Assembly: GCA_947588325.1 (NCBI GenBank)
Contig: CANPYH010000001.1
Coordinates: forward strand, 20,952 to 84,951
Length of the DNA stretch: 64,000 nucleotides
Reading direction: 5' to 3'
Source: an uncultured Clostridia bacterium
GTDB taxonomy: Bacteria; Bacillota; Clostridia; Christensenellales; Pumilibacteraceae
Positions 39,037 to 47,734 of this stretch are shown here, one piece after another (position 1 is the stretch's first letter; the number at the start of each line of letters is the position of its first letter). A program made the position numbers and the translations under genes. Under the pieces are notes generated by a model. The model ran no database searches. It was not told the DNA's origin and worked only from the letters and a program-made list of their open reading frames with translations.

Positions 39037-39087
39037 AGCCTATGATTGTAAATCTCTTATTTGGCATTAGGTGAAGTATGCTGTGAT

Positions 39088-39117
39088 TTGACAAATATAA
39101 GATGCCTATGATATAAT
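39088..39117 (+). promoter_or_regulatory. consensus promoter of the DUF1643 gene
   Basis: TTGACA, 18 nt, TATAAT, then 9 nt to ATG 39127. No SD. Confidence 0.5.
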
Positions 39118-39126
39118 TTAAGAATA

Positions 39127-39639
39127 ATGAAATGGTTATATGAGAACAACGTAGACAATACTGCGCGCTTCACACTTGGAGAATATGCAACTGTATCAGA
39201 TAGGACTTTAATCTGCGTCGGTATAAATCCCAGTATCGCTTCGTCAAACAATCTTGATCAAACGTTAAGAAAGGTAAAGGCGATGGCGATTGCTCACGGT
39301 TACATAAATTGGAATATGATAAATGTTTATCCGCAACGTGCAACAAATCCGATAAATTTACACTTGAGTTGTGATTTACAACTGCATGCGGAAAACTTGA
39401 ACAAAATCAAAGAACTATTACTTATGTTTTCTAATTCTGATATTCTATTTGCGTACGGTAATTTGATTACGCTACGTCCGTATTTGCAAAAATGTTTATC
39501 TGACATTATAGAACTTATTAGCGATACTAACTTTTCTGGGCAATATTATTGCTTGAGGCAAACTAAAAAAGGATATCCAACGCATCCTTTGTATCAGAAA
39601 ATTGATACTCCTTTTTTATCGTATAAGCATTCGGTTTAG
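39127..39639 (+). CDS. DUF1643 domain protein
   Basis: The pattern RF.L....TLICVGINPS.A....LD.T.RKV...A...GY..W...NVYP.RAT.P..L matches my memory of DUF1643. Confidence 0.6.
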   Translation: MKWLYENNVDNTARFTLGEYATVSDRTLICVGINPSIASSNNLDQTLRKVKAMAIAHGYINWNMINVYPQRATNPINLHLSCDLQLHAENLNKIKELLLMFSNSDILFAYGNLITLRPYLQKCLSDIIELISDTNFSGQYYCLRQTKKGYPTHPLYQKIDTPFLSYKHSV

Positions 39640-39656
39640 CTATTAATGCTCAAAAG

Positions 39657-39696
39657 AATCACGAGACATTATGTGTTTCGTGATTTTCTTTTTATT
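39657..39696 (+). terminator. rho-independent terminator
   Basis: 12-bp stem AATCACGAGACA / GTGTTTCGTGATT followed by TTCTTTTTATT. Confidence 0.7.
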
Positions 39697-39934
39697 ATTT
39701 GAAACGACAACTTATATATTTATATTAAACAGACGATTTCGGGATCAAATTTTTAATCTAAAAAACTCACGCAAGCGTTTTGGGTGCAGGTAACATATAA
39801 TGTAAATGGAGATATTTCGGCTATTAGGGAAGCGGTGATGGGTGAGTTCTGTTCCTATACATAGGCCGATGTCCGATACTGACAAACACATTCGGTTGGT
39901 TTCGGGCACGGTTTGTAGCAAAAGGAGGAGAAAC

Positions 39935-40264
39935 ATGTCAACGGTAATAGTTGCGGTCATATCGAGCGCGGTTTCCTTTATCGTGGGCGGTGTTCTCGCG
40001 TATGTCGTCGCCAGATGGAAAAGCATGCTTAAGCGCGAAAAAGCCCTGAGAAACGGCGTAAAAAATCTCTTGCGATATGACATTATAAAGGTACACAAGG
40101 AATGTATCGAGTTCGGGTACTGCCCGATAGATATAAAAGAGGCACTGGTTGATTCCTATGGAGCATACCACGATTTAGGCGGGAACGGAGTAATCACCAA
40201 ACTATACAATGAAATAGTTGCGCTGCCCGAAGAGCCGCATGAAAACGAAACGAAGGAGAAATAA
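39935..40264 (+). CDS. phage-associated single-pass membrane protein
   Basis: AAAGGAGGAG RBS. N-terminal TM segment (VIVAVISSAVSFIVGGVLAYVV). Sits 2 nt upstream of the holin gene. Confidence 0.55.
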   Translation: MSTVIVAVISSAVSFIVGGVLAYVVARWKSMLKREKALRNGVKNLLRYDIIKVHKECIEFGYCPIDIKEALVDSYGAYHDLGGNGVITKLYNEIVALPEEPHENETKEK

Positions 40265-40266
40265 TC

Positions 40267-40659
40267 ATGGATTGGAAAACGCTTGTAATAGAAATAATAG
40301 CCGCGGTAGTAGCGGCGATAGGGACCTGGGTACTTGCCAAAGTAAAAACCCTGATAAGCACCAAAATCGCCGACGGTAAGTCGAAAAAACTTATCGAGGC
40401 GGTGACGGACGTAGTCGCTTCCGTCGTTAAGGCGACTTATCAGACGTACGTCGAGGGGATTAAGGGTACGGAGTTCTGGACGGCAGAGGCGCAAAAAGAG
40501 GCGCTGACGCGGGCGCTTAACGCCGCAAAGTCGCAAATGTCCGACGAGGTCAAGAAGTTCATCGAAGAAAACTTCGGCGACATTGACGAGTATTTAACGA
40601 CTAAGATAGAGGCGCAGATATACACTTATAAAAACACCGTCCAAAGCACCGCCGCATAA
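40267..40659 (+). CDS. LL-H family phage holin
   Basis: N-terminal TM segment (LVIEIIAAVVAAIGTWVL) followed by an amphipathic helical region ending in IDEYL..KIEAQIY, as in Holin_LLH proteins. Confidence 0.6.
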   Translation: MDWKTLVIEIIAAVVAAIGTWVLAKVKTLISTKIADGKSKKLIEAVTDVVASVVKATYQTYVEGIKGTEFWTAEAQKEALTRALNAAKSQMSDEVKKFIEENFGDIDEYLTTKIEAQIYTYKNTVQSTAA

Positions 40660-40738
40660 CTTCGCCTCGCGCCTTATAGTCGGCTTGACGGGGCAATGTA
40701 AATTTGTAATTTTTCGTGCGCAAACGGCGTTAAAATCA

Positions 40739-40767
40739 TTGCATTTTCAAAAAAAGAATACTATAAT
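40739..40767 (+). promoter_or_regulatory. promoter of the ferritin gene
   Basis: TTGCAT, 17 nt, TATAAT. Confidence 0.5.
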
Positions 40768-40790
40768 TAAGGCGAATTCAGGAGGTTATT

Positions 40791-41309
40791 ATGATCGATA
40801 AAGAAATCGCAAAGCTCATTAACGAGCAAGTAAACAAAGAATTGTACTCCGCGTATCTTTACCTCGATTTCGCCAACTACTATGACGACGAGGGTCTTGC
40901 CGGATTCGCGCATTGGTACGAGATTCAGGCACAGGAAGAGCGGGATCATGCAATGATGATGCGTCGCTACCTCATCGACAACGGCGTTCGCGTCACTTTC
41001 GACAAGATCGCAAAGCCCGATAAGACGTTCAGCGGGGCAATGGATCCCTTGAAAGCAGGCTTCGAACACGAGCAATACGTTACGTCGCTTATTAACAATA
41101 TCTACGCTCTCGCATTCGAGAAGAAGGACTTCAAGACTATGCAGTTTCTCGACTGGTTTATCAAGGAGCAGGGCGAAGAGGAGAAGAACGCCGAAGATCA
41201 GATTAAGAAATTCGAGCTGTTCGGCCATGACGCAAAGGGGCTTTACGCGCTCAATCAGGAGCTTGCAGCGCGCGTATACACGCCATCCGCAACAGGTCCC
41301 GCCATGTAA
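40791..41309 (+). CDS. ftnA: non-haem ferritin
   Basis: LNEQVNKELYSAYLYL and a ferroxidase-centre E..H (QEERDHA). ~170 aa. Confidence 0.9.
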   Translation: MIDKEIAKLINEQVNKELYSAYLYLDFANYYDDEGLAGFAHWYEIQAQEERDHAMMMRRYLIDNGVRVTFDKIAKPDKTFSGAMDPLKAGFEHEQYVTSLINNIYALAFEKKDFKTMQFLDWFIKEQGEEEKNAEDQIKKFELFGHDAKGLYALNQELAARVYTPSATGPAM

Positions 41310-41333
41310 CGCGCATATAGCGACTAATCAAAA

Positions 41334-41368
41334 GGAGATCCGTAACAATCGGGTCTCTTTTTTGTTTT
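41334..41368 (+). terminator. rho-independent terminator after ferritin
   Basis: GGAGATCCG-N7-CGGGTCTCT followed by TTTTTGTTTT. Confidence 0.65.
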
Positions 41369-41384
41369 GGGGCAAGCCGACTAC

Positions 41385-41414
41385 GCATAAATGATTTTCG
41401 GTTTTCGCATAATA
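41385..41414 (+). promoter_or_regulatory. forespore sigma-G/sigma-F-type promoter of the spoVA genes
   Basis: GCATA, 18 nt, CATAATA. This matches the sigma-G consensus GHATR-N18-CATXHTA. Confidence 0.5.
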
Positions 41415-41483
41415 CAACTGTGATCAGAAAGGAAAACGCAACGGAAGAGTTTGCAAATATAGAAGAAAAGGAAGTGCTTAAAG

Positions 41484-41966
41484 ATGGCTGCAGGGTGGAA
41501 AAGTGAAAGCGCAATAAGACGAAACGCGCGTTATTCGTCGTATGTCGAAGCAATATCTCCCAAGTCGGGAACGCTGAAATCGCTTTTGAAGGCGTTCGCG
41601 ATCGGCGGGCTCACATGCGTTATAAGCGAACTGCTCGGCGACGGAATAGCTTTGGCGTTTCCCGATCTTTCCACCGAATTAGTCGGCGCGTATACGTCCA
41701 TGATACTCGTCACCGTCGCGGTGTTGTTCACGGGCTTCGGCTTCTACGACGTCATAGCGCGTCACGGCGGTGCGGGCTCCTTTCTCCCGATAACGGGCTT
41801 TGCCAACGCAATGTCCAGCGCGGCATTGGAGTATAAGTCCGAGGGCTTAATATTCGGTACTTCGGTAAAAATGTTTAATGTCGTCGGACCCGTCGTGGTA
41901 AACGGCATTGTATGGGCGACGGTAGCGGGCATAATTCGCTACATCATTATGTTGATTACTCTATGA
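41484..41966 (+). CDS. spoVAC: stage V sporulation protein AC
   Basis: Y...V....PK, AFAIGGL.C motif, 4 TM segments, ~155 aa. Confidence 0.85.
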   Translation: MAAGWKSESAIRRNARYSSYVEAISPKSGTLKSLLKAFAIGGLTCVISELLGDGIALAFPDLSTELVGAYTSMILVTVAVLFTGFGFYDVIARHGGAGSFLPITGFANAMSSAALEYKSEGLIFGTSVKMFNVVGPVVVNGIVWATVAGIIRYIIMLITL

Positions 41967-42967
41967 GCGGAAAAAATCAGACATTGCAATTCAAAAATAA
42001 GCCTCGGATAATCTCGGGAATGAGCGTCGTCGGACGGCGGGAGGGGAGCGGCCCGCTCGGAGACCGTTTCGACGTCGTTATCCCCAACGCCAAATACAAC
42101 GAAAAGACCTTCGAAAAAGGAGAGCAGGCTATGTTCCGTAGGGCTATTGTCGGCGCGATCGAGAAGGCGGGGCTTACTCCATTCGATATAGACGTACTTC
42201 TCGCGGGGGATCTGTTAAACCAGCTCGTCTCCTCGAGTTACGTCGCGCGGGAATTACCCGTGTGCTATCTCGGACTATACAGCGCGTGCTCGACGATGAC
42301 GGAGTGCCTGACCTTGGGCGCAACGCTTATTGACGGCGGGCATATCGTGAGAGCGGCCTGCGCGACGGGCTCGCATTTCGCGACGGCGGAGAGGCAATAC
42401 CGATATCCGCTGGAATACGGCTGTCAGAGGCCGCCCTATTCGCAATGGACTGCCACCGCCGCAGGGTGCAGCATACTCGCCGCGGAGGGCGAGGGCCCCG
42501 CTATAACACATGCAACGATCGGGAGAGTGGTTGATTACGGAATTAACGACCTTAACAACATGGGCGCGGCTATGGCTCCCGCCGCCCTCGATACGCTGCT
42601 TGCCGTATTCTCGGACACGGGCTACTGCGTGGGCGACTTCGACGCTATATTCACGGGCGACCTCGGTCGGTTAGGCGCGGAGATTTTGCGGGACTTAAGC
42701 GGGGAGCAGGGGTTAAGCCTCGGGCAAAAATACAGCGACTGCGGCGAAATGCTGTTCAGCCGCGAACAAAACTGTTATTGCGGGGGTAGCGGTGCGGGTT
42801 GCAGCGCCTCGGTGCTCAATTCCTTTATCCTCGGCAAGATGAACGCTGGGGAGTATAATCGCGTACTGCTGCTTGCGACAGGCGCGCTTATGAGCCCGAC
42901 TACTTCCTATCAGGGCGAAACTATACCGTGCATAAGTCACGGAGTAATATTGGAGAACGTAAAATGA
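41963..42967 (+). CDS. spoVAD: stage V sporulation protein AD
   Basis: Thiolase-like fold protein following spoVAC. ATGA overlap. Start at the internal ATG 41963. Confidence 0.85.
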   Translation: MSGKNQTLQFKNKPRIISGMSVVGRREGSGPLGDRFDVVIPNAKYNEKTFEKGEQAMFRRAIVGAIEKAGLTPFDIDVLLAGDLLNQLVSSSYVARELPVCYLGLYSACSTMTECLTLGATLIDGGHIVRAACATGSHFATAERQYRYPLEYGCQRPPYSQWTATAAGCSILAAEGEGPAITHATIGRVVDYGINDLNNMGAAMAPAALDTLLAVFSDTGYCVGDFDAIFTGDLGRLGAEILRDLSGEQGLSLGQKYSDCGEMLFSREQNCYCGGSGAGCSASVLNSFILGKMNAGEYNRVLLLATGALMSPTTSYQGETIPCISHGVILENVK

Positions 42968-43350
42968 TATTTCCCGAAACGTGGTGGGGATTCTTATTAT
43001 CCTACTTAATGGCATTTATCGGCGGAGGCATTCTCTGCGCAGGTGCGCAACTACTCATAGTCAAGACCAAGCTGACCCCCGCGCGTATACTCGTAATCTT
43101 CCTCATCTTTGGGATATTCCTTCAAACGGTGGGCGCGTACGAACCGCTTAACAACGTTTTCGGCGCGGGAATAAGCGTGCCCATTGTCGGGTTCGGCGCG
43201 TCGCTTGCCAAGGGCTCGATCTCGTACGCCGCCGAGTACGGCATACCGGGCGCGTTTGCGGGCGGACTTATACAGACGGCATTCGGCATAGGCGCCGCCG
43301 TCGTCGCAAGCTATATCGTTACGCTCCTGTTTAACGCCAAGGCGAAGTAA
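42964..43350 (+). CDS. spoVAE: stage V sporulation protein AE (AEB type)
   Basis: Small 4-TM protein following spoVAD. ATGA overlap. Start at the internal ATG 42964. Confidence 0.8.
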   Translation: MIFPETWWGFLLSYLMAFIGGGILCAGAQLLIVKTKLTPARILVIFLIFGIFLQTVGAYEPLNNVFGAGISVPIVGFGASLAKGSISYAAEYGIPGAFAGGLIQTAFGIGAAVVASYIVTLLFNAKAK

Positions 43351-43382
43351 ACTATTCCGTCGCTGCGGAATATATTTATACC

Positions 43383-44036
43383 GTGGCGAAGTGCAAGCCG
43401 AAGCGCAGGTGGAGATGGGTAAAACCCGTGGTTATCTTATTGATAATTGCGGGATTTTGCATTTGGTATTACCTCGCCAATATCGCTCCCGCCGTCAATA
43501 CCGTCATTGAAGAAACAGTTCGCGCGCAAGTGTCCAAAGCCATTGACGATATGACGGACAACGAGTTGCAAAACGTGCAATACGACGATTTTGTTATAAC
43601 CCGCTTCGACGAGGGCGGCAACATCACGCTTATGCAAATCAACAGCATAAACGCCGATATCTTTGCGCGGAAGGTCACGGCGGGTATCCGCGAAGAAATG
43701 AAGAAGTTCGAGAAGGAGGGGATATCGATTAACCTCGGAACGATGTCGGGAATATCCTTTCTTTCGGGGATCGGTCCGTCGATAGAGTTCACGGCTATCA
43801 ATCTCGGCGTAGTTGACGCCGCCTTTTTCTCGGAGTTTTTATCGGGCGGGGTTAACCAGACGTTACACAGGCTGTATATGCGGATTGAGGTGGATATGAG
43901 CGTAACCTTACCCGGGAAGAACTACAAAATCAAGAACGGAAGCGACGTTATGATATGCGAATCGGTCATAAGCGGTAAGGTTCCCGACTCTCTTCTTGCA
44001 GTCAGTGGAACGCCTACGGGAGATTTACTGCCGTAA
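43383..44036 (+). CDS. yunB: sporulation protein YunB
   Basis: N-terminal TM segment and a GP.I.......G.V...F.SEF.S.G.NQT.H..Y..I pattern. GTG start. Confidence 0.75.
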   Translation: MAKCKPKRRWRWVKPVVILLIIAGFCIWYYLANIAPAVNTVIEETVRAQVSKAIDDMTDNELQNVQYDDFVITRFDEGGNITLMQINSINADIFARKVTAGIREEMKKFEKEGISINLGTMSGISFLSGIGPSIEFTAINLGVVDAAFFSEFLSGGVNQTLHRLYMRIEVDMSVTLPGKNYKIKNGSDVMICESVISGKVPDSLLAVSGTPTGDLLP

Positions 44037-44041
44037 AACGC

Positions 44042-44070
44042 TTGCATTATCCGCAAAAATAGGGTATAAT
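44042..44070 (+). promoter_or_regulatory. promoter of the pheS leader
   Basis: TTGCAT, 17 nt, TATAAT. Confidence 0.55.
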
Positions 44071-44079
44071 GCAAAAAAT

Positions 44080-44305
44080 AACAAAGGCTATGACGCAGCA
44101 TAAGAGTTTGCCACAAACCCTTTCAGAGAGCTTTCGGTCGGTGTGAGAGAGCAGGGCGGCAAAAAGATATTCACTGTCGAGCTTGACCGTTGAAGTGCAG
44201 TAGGCGGTTGCGGTCGTTCCGTAATAACGATAACGAGGCGCTTAATATCGGCGCGAAAAAAGGTGGTAACACGGCAAAGTCGTCCTTTTACGGTCGGCTT
44301 TTATT
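44080..44305 (+). promoter_or_regulatory. T-box riboswitch leader, Phe specifier (UUC)
   Basis: AGAGAGC (AG bay), GGTGTGAGAG distal motif, candidate specifier TTC-A at 44170-44173, T-box core AAAAAGGTGGTAACACGG at 44256-44274, and a terminator hairpin plus T-run at 44276-44305. Confidence 0.85.
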
Positions 44306-44320
44306 TATATCGGAGGAGCA

Positions 44321-45334
44321 ATGAAAGAACAGATCAACAAACTTACGTCCGAATGCACGGCGGAAATCAAAGCCGCCGCTACGGAAAGTGAGCTTTACGC
44401 CGTTAAGGTCAAGTATCTCGGCAAGAACGGGCTTATCAGCGATCTCATGAAGAACATGAGAGACATACCGCCCGAGGAACGCCCCATAATAGGTAAGACG
44501 GTTAATAATGCTCGCGGCAAACTCGAGGAGCTTTTCGAGAAGCGCGGCGCGGCTCTGCATGCAGCCGAGCTCGAAGCTAAACTTGCCTCGGAAAAAATCG
44601 ACATAACTATGGATAAGGACACCGCCGTCGGTAAGTTACATCCGCTCAACGCCGTGCGTAAGAGGTTGGTCGACTTCTTCGTCTCCATGGGGTTTGACGT
44701 TATGGACGGACCCGAAGTCGAGACGGACTATTACAACTTCGAGGCGCTTAACGTGCCCAAGGATCACCCCGCGCGGGATATGCAGGATACTTTCTTTATT
44801 AACGAGAGCATACTGCTCCGCTCGCAGACGAGCGCCTCGCAGGTCAGGTACATGGAGAAGGTCAAGCCGCCGATTAAGATGATATCCCCGGGACGAGTTT
44901 TCCGTAACGACGACGACGCGACGCATTCGCCCGTATTCCATCAGCTCGAAGGATTGGTCGTGGACAAGGGTATTACCATGTGCGACCTCAAAGGCATACT
45001 TGATCTCTTTGCCAAGCACTTCTTCGGCGAGGATACAAAGGTGCGTTTCCGTCCCTCGTATTTCCCGTTTACCGAGCCGAGCGTCGAGGTTGACGTGTCC
45101 TGCTCGATATGCCACGGAAAAGGTTGCAAGATATGCAAGGGCACGGGCTGGATCGAAATCCTCGGTGCGGGGATAGTCAATCGCAAGGTGCTTCGCGGTT
45201 GCGGGATAGATCCCGACGTATACACGGGCTTTGCGTTCGGGTTCGGTATAGATAGAATAGCCAATATCATTCACGGCATTCCGCATATCAAGCTGCTCTA
45301 TGAGAACGATATGCGTTTTCTGAAACAGTTTTAA
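44321..45334 (+). CDS. pheS: phenylalanine-tRNA ligase alpha subunit
   Basis: HPARDMQDTF and FRPSYFPFTEPS motifs. Confidence 0.95.
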   Translation: MKEQINKLTSECTAEIKAAATESELYAVKVKYLGKNGLISDLMKNMRDIPPEERPIIGKTVNNARGKLEELFEKRGAALHAAELEAKLASEKIDITMDKDTAVGKLHPLNAVRKRLVDFFVSMGFDVMDGPEVETDYYNFEALNVPKDHPARDMQDTFFINESILLRSQTSASQVRYMEKVKPPIKMISPGRVFRNDDDATHSPVFHQLEGLVVDKGITMCDLKGILDLFAKHFFGEDTKVRFRPSYFPFTEPSVEVDVSCSICHGKGCKICKGTGWIEILGAGIVNRKVLRGCGIDPDVYTGFAFGFGIDRIANIIHGIPHIKLLYENDMRFLKQF

Positions 45335-45349
45335 GGGAGGGGACAAGTT

Positions 45350-47734
45350 ATGAAATTACCTGTTTGTTGGCTTAAAGAATTTGCGGAAATAGGCAATGCT
45401 TCTCCCGAACAGATTGCGGAAGCGTTGCTTCGGGTCGGCTTTGAGGTCGAAGAGATTATCTATGACGGCGCCGACATTGAAAACGTCGTTGTTGGTAAGG
45501 TCATTGACTGCAAACCGCACACCAATTCCGATCATCTCCATGTCTGCATGGTGGACGTTTCCAGCGAGATTTTACAGATCGTTTGCGGCGCGCCCAACGT
45601 ACAGACTGGGGATATAGTTCCCGTCGCGCTCTCGGGCGCAAAACTGCCCGGGGGAATCGAGATTAAACCGGGTGAACTTCGCGGCGTTATGAGCTACGGC
45701 ATGCTTTGCAGCGGCAAGGAACTCGGCGTTGACGACACGGTTATAGAGGGTGCGGAAGTCGACGGATTGTTACAGCTCCCCAAAGATACTCCGCTCGGCA
45801 CGAACATTCTCGACGTGCTCGGTAAGAACGAGTATGTGCTCGACGTATCCGTTACCGCAAACAGACCCGACTGTCAGTCGATAGTCGGGCTTGCGAGAGA
45901 GGTTGCCGCGTCTATGGGCGTTAAGTTCAACCCGCCCGTGAATAAGTATAAAATGACGCCGTACGGAGGCGAGTATGTTCCGACCGTTCAGATCACTTCC
46001 AAGGTCTGCTCGCGCTACACGGGCCGGCTTATTAAAGATGTAAAAATCGCTCAAAGCCCCAAGTGGATGAGAGACAGACTGCGTCTTGTCGGCGTCAGAC
46101 CTATTAACAATATCGTCGACATAACCAACTACGTTCTTTTCGAGATCGGTCAGCCCCTGCACGCCTTCGATATCCGCTTTATAGACAGCGGAATTATCGT
46201 CAGAACCGCGGCTAAAAACGAGAAAATAACCGCGCTTGACGGCAAGGAATATGCGCTTCCCGAGGACGCGACGGTGATTGCCGACTCGAAGAAGCCGATT
46301 GCGATTGCGGGCATTATGGGCGGCGAGTATTCGGGAATAGCCGACGATACCAATACCGTTTTCCTCGAAGCGGCGCGTTTCGAGAGAAAGAGTATTCGCG
46401 TGACCTCTCGCAAGCTCGGACTGCGTTCCGACTCTTCCGCGAGATACGAAAAAGGTGTGGACTACGGCAGCGTGGACGAGGGTCGCGAGCGCGCTCTTGC
46501 GCTCATATATCGGCTCAAAGCGGGGAAGATCGTCGACGTTAAATCGGACGACGGGGTCGCTCCGCCACCTAAAAAGGTTATCGAGACCTCTGCGGCGCAA
46601 ATTAGCTCGATTATAGGCATAGACATAGAAAAGCCCGCTATCGAGAAAATACTTGTCTCACTCGACTTCGGCTTAACAAAGGCGAAGGGCGACGGAATTA
46701 TATGCACCGTGCCGATCTACCGCGAGGATATCGAGGACTTTGCGGATCTGTCCGAAGAAGTCATTCGGTACTACGGCTACGATAACCTTAAACCGACCTT
46801 TTTGAAGAATGCGGCTTGCACGGCAGGGGGAATATCCACTGATGAAAAGCGTATGGGCGACGTCAAGAACATACTCTGCGGGAAGGGACTTTATGAGATT
46901 ATGACCTACTCGTTTATCAACGAAAAGGCTTCGGACATGCTCAAACTGCCCCAGGCGGACAGCCGCAGAAATGTGCTTAAACTCCGCAATCCGCTTAATG
47001 AGGACACCGCGGTTATGCGCACCCAACTCGTTCACAGTATGCTGACTACTTTGGCGCTTAACCAGTCCCGAGGCAACGACGACATTCGCATATACGAGCT
47101 TGGGCGCGTGTATATGCCCAAGGGCGGAAACGAACTGCCCGAGGAAAGATTTGTATTATCCGTCGGACTGCTCGGCAATAACGAAGATTTCTATTCCGCA
47201 AAGGATATTGTTAACTCGGTGCTTAAATACTTCACCGACGGCTACTCGCTCGTTTACAGCAAACAGCCTTATCTGCACCCGGGAATATCCGCCGATATAT
47301 CCAAGGACGGAAAGTTCCTCGGCTCCTTCGGCGAAGTACATCCGACCGTCGCGGAAAACTACGGAATTAACGGCAAGTGCTATGTCGGGGAGATAGATAT
47401 AACCGCTTTGCTCGGGTTCGCGAAAGGCGACGTTCGGTATAAGACTATATCCAAGTTCCCCTGCGTAAACCGCGACCTCGCAATTGTTGTGGACGATATG
47501 TGCAAGGCGGGGGATATCATAGACATCGTTAAGGACGCATGCGGAGATAGCCTCGAGGATATCTCGATATTCGACGTATACAAGGGGGAGCAGATAGAGC
47601 GCGGGAAAAAGAGCGTCGCGCTGTCGCTTAAATTCCGCTCGCCCGAAAAGACATTGAGTGATTCGGACGTTCAGAGACTTATGCTCGGCGCGATAGACAG
47701 GCTTAAAGCCGAGATCAAGGCAGAACTCAGATAA
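45350..47734 (+). CDS. pheT: phenylalanine-tRNA ligase beta subunit
   Basis: WLKEF N-terminus, tRNA-binding domain, B3/4 and B5 domains, ~795 aa. Confidence 0.95.
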   Translation: MKLPVCWLKEFAEIGNASPEQIAEALLRVGFEVEEIIYDGADIENVVVGKVIDCKPHTNSDHLHVCMVDVSSEILQIVCGAPNVQTGDIVPVALSGAKLPGGIEIKPGELRGVMSYGMLCSGKELGVDDTVIEGAEVDGLLQLPKDTPLGTNILDVLGKNEYVLDVSVTANRPDCQSIVGLAREVAASMGVKFNPPVNKYKMTPYGGEYVPTVQITSKVCSRYTGRLIKDVKIAQSPKWMRDRLRLVGVRPINNIVDITNYVLFEIGQPLHAFDIRFIDSGIIVRTAAKNEKITALDGKEYALPEDATVIADSKKPIAIAGIMGGEYSGIADDTNTVFLEAARFERKSIRVTSRKLGLRSDSSARYEKGVDYGSVDEGRERALALIYRLKAGKIVDVKSDDGVAPPPKKVIETSAAQISSIIGIDIEKPAIEKILVSLDFGLTKAKGDGIICTVPIYREDIEDFADLSEEVIRYYGYDNLKPTFLKNAACTAGGISTDEKRMGDVKNILCGKGLYEIMTYSFINEKASDMLKLPQADSRRNVLKLRNPLNEDTAVMRTQLVHSMLTTLALNQSRGNDDIRIYELGRVYMPKGGNELPEERFVLSVGLLGNNEDFYSAKDIVNSVLKYFTDGYSLVYSKQPYLHPGISADISKDGKFLGSFGEVHPTVAENYGINGKCYVGEIDITALLGFAKGDVRYKTISKFPCVNRDLAIVVDDMCKAGDIIDIVKDACGDSLEDISIFDVYKGEQIERGKKSVALSLKFRSPEKTLSDSDVQRLMLGAIDRLKAEIKAELR

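Larger units (their letters stand above)
38770..40700. mobile_element. A+T-rich islet / degraded prophage remnant next to tRNA-Tyr
   Basis: Composition shifts visibly toward A+T. Cargo is a Zn-ribbon peptide, a DUF1643 protein and a holin-like pair. No integrase, endolysin or att repeat found. Confidence 0.4.

Noticed and set aside
39827-39837. GGGAAGCGGTG, reminiscent of the cobalamin riboswitch core
   Set aside because: There is no B12 box (GCCACTG-like) or matching helices nearby, and the downstream gene is a phage membrane protein. Judged a chance match.
39057-40098. - strand ORFs 39057-39251 and 39745-40098 in the islet
   Set aside because: They have no RBS, overlap a consensus + strand promoter or better-supported + strand genes, and their composition is driven by A+T-rich DNA.
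40731-40746. AAAATCATTGCATTTT upstream of ferritin as a Fur/PerR box, or as a third copy of the AAATGCAAT operator
   Set aside because: Only the outer A/T runs are palindromic, so the match to Fur or PerR consensus is poor. It is a single copy without the 22-bp partner, and the TTGCAT is explained as the ferritin -35.
38734-40790. Search for a direct repeat of the tRNA-Tyr 3' end (attL/attR) delimiting the A+T-rich islet
   Set aside because: I could not find any copy of TCGAATCCACCCCCGTCCACCA or a substantial part of it downstream by eye. The islet boundary therefore remains undefined.
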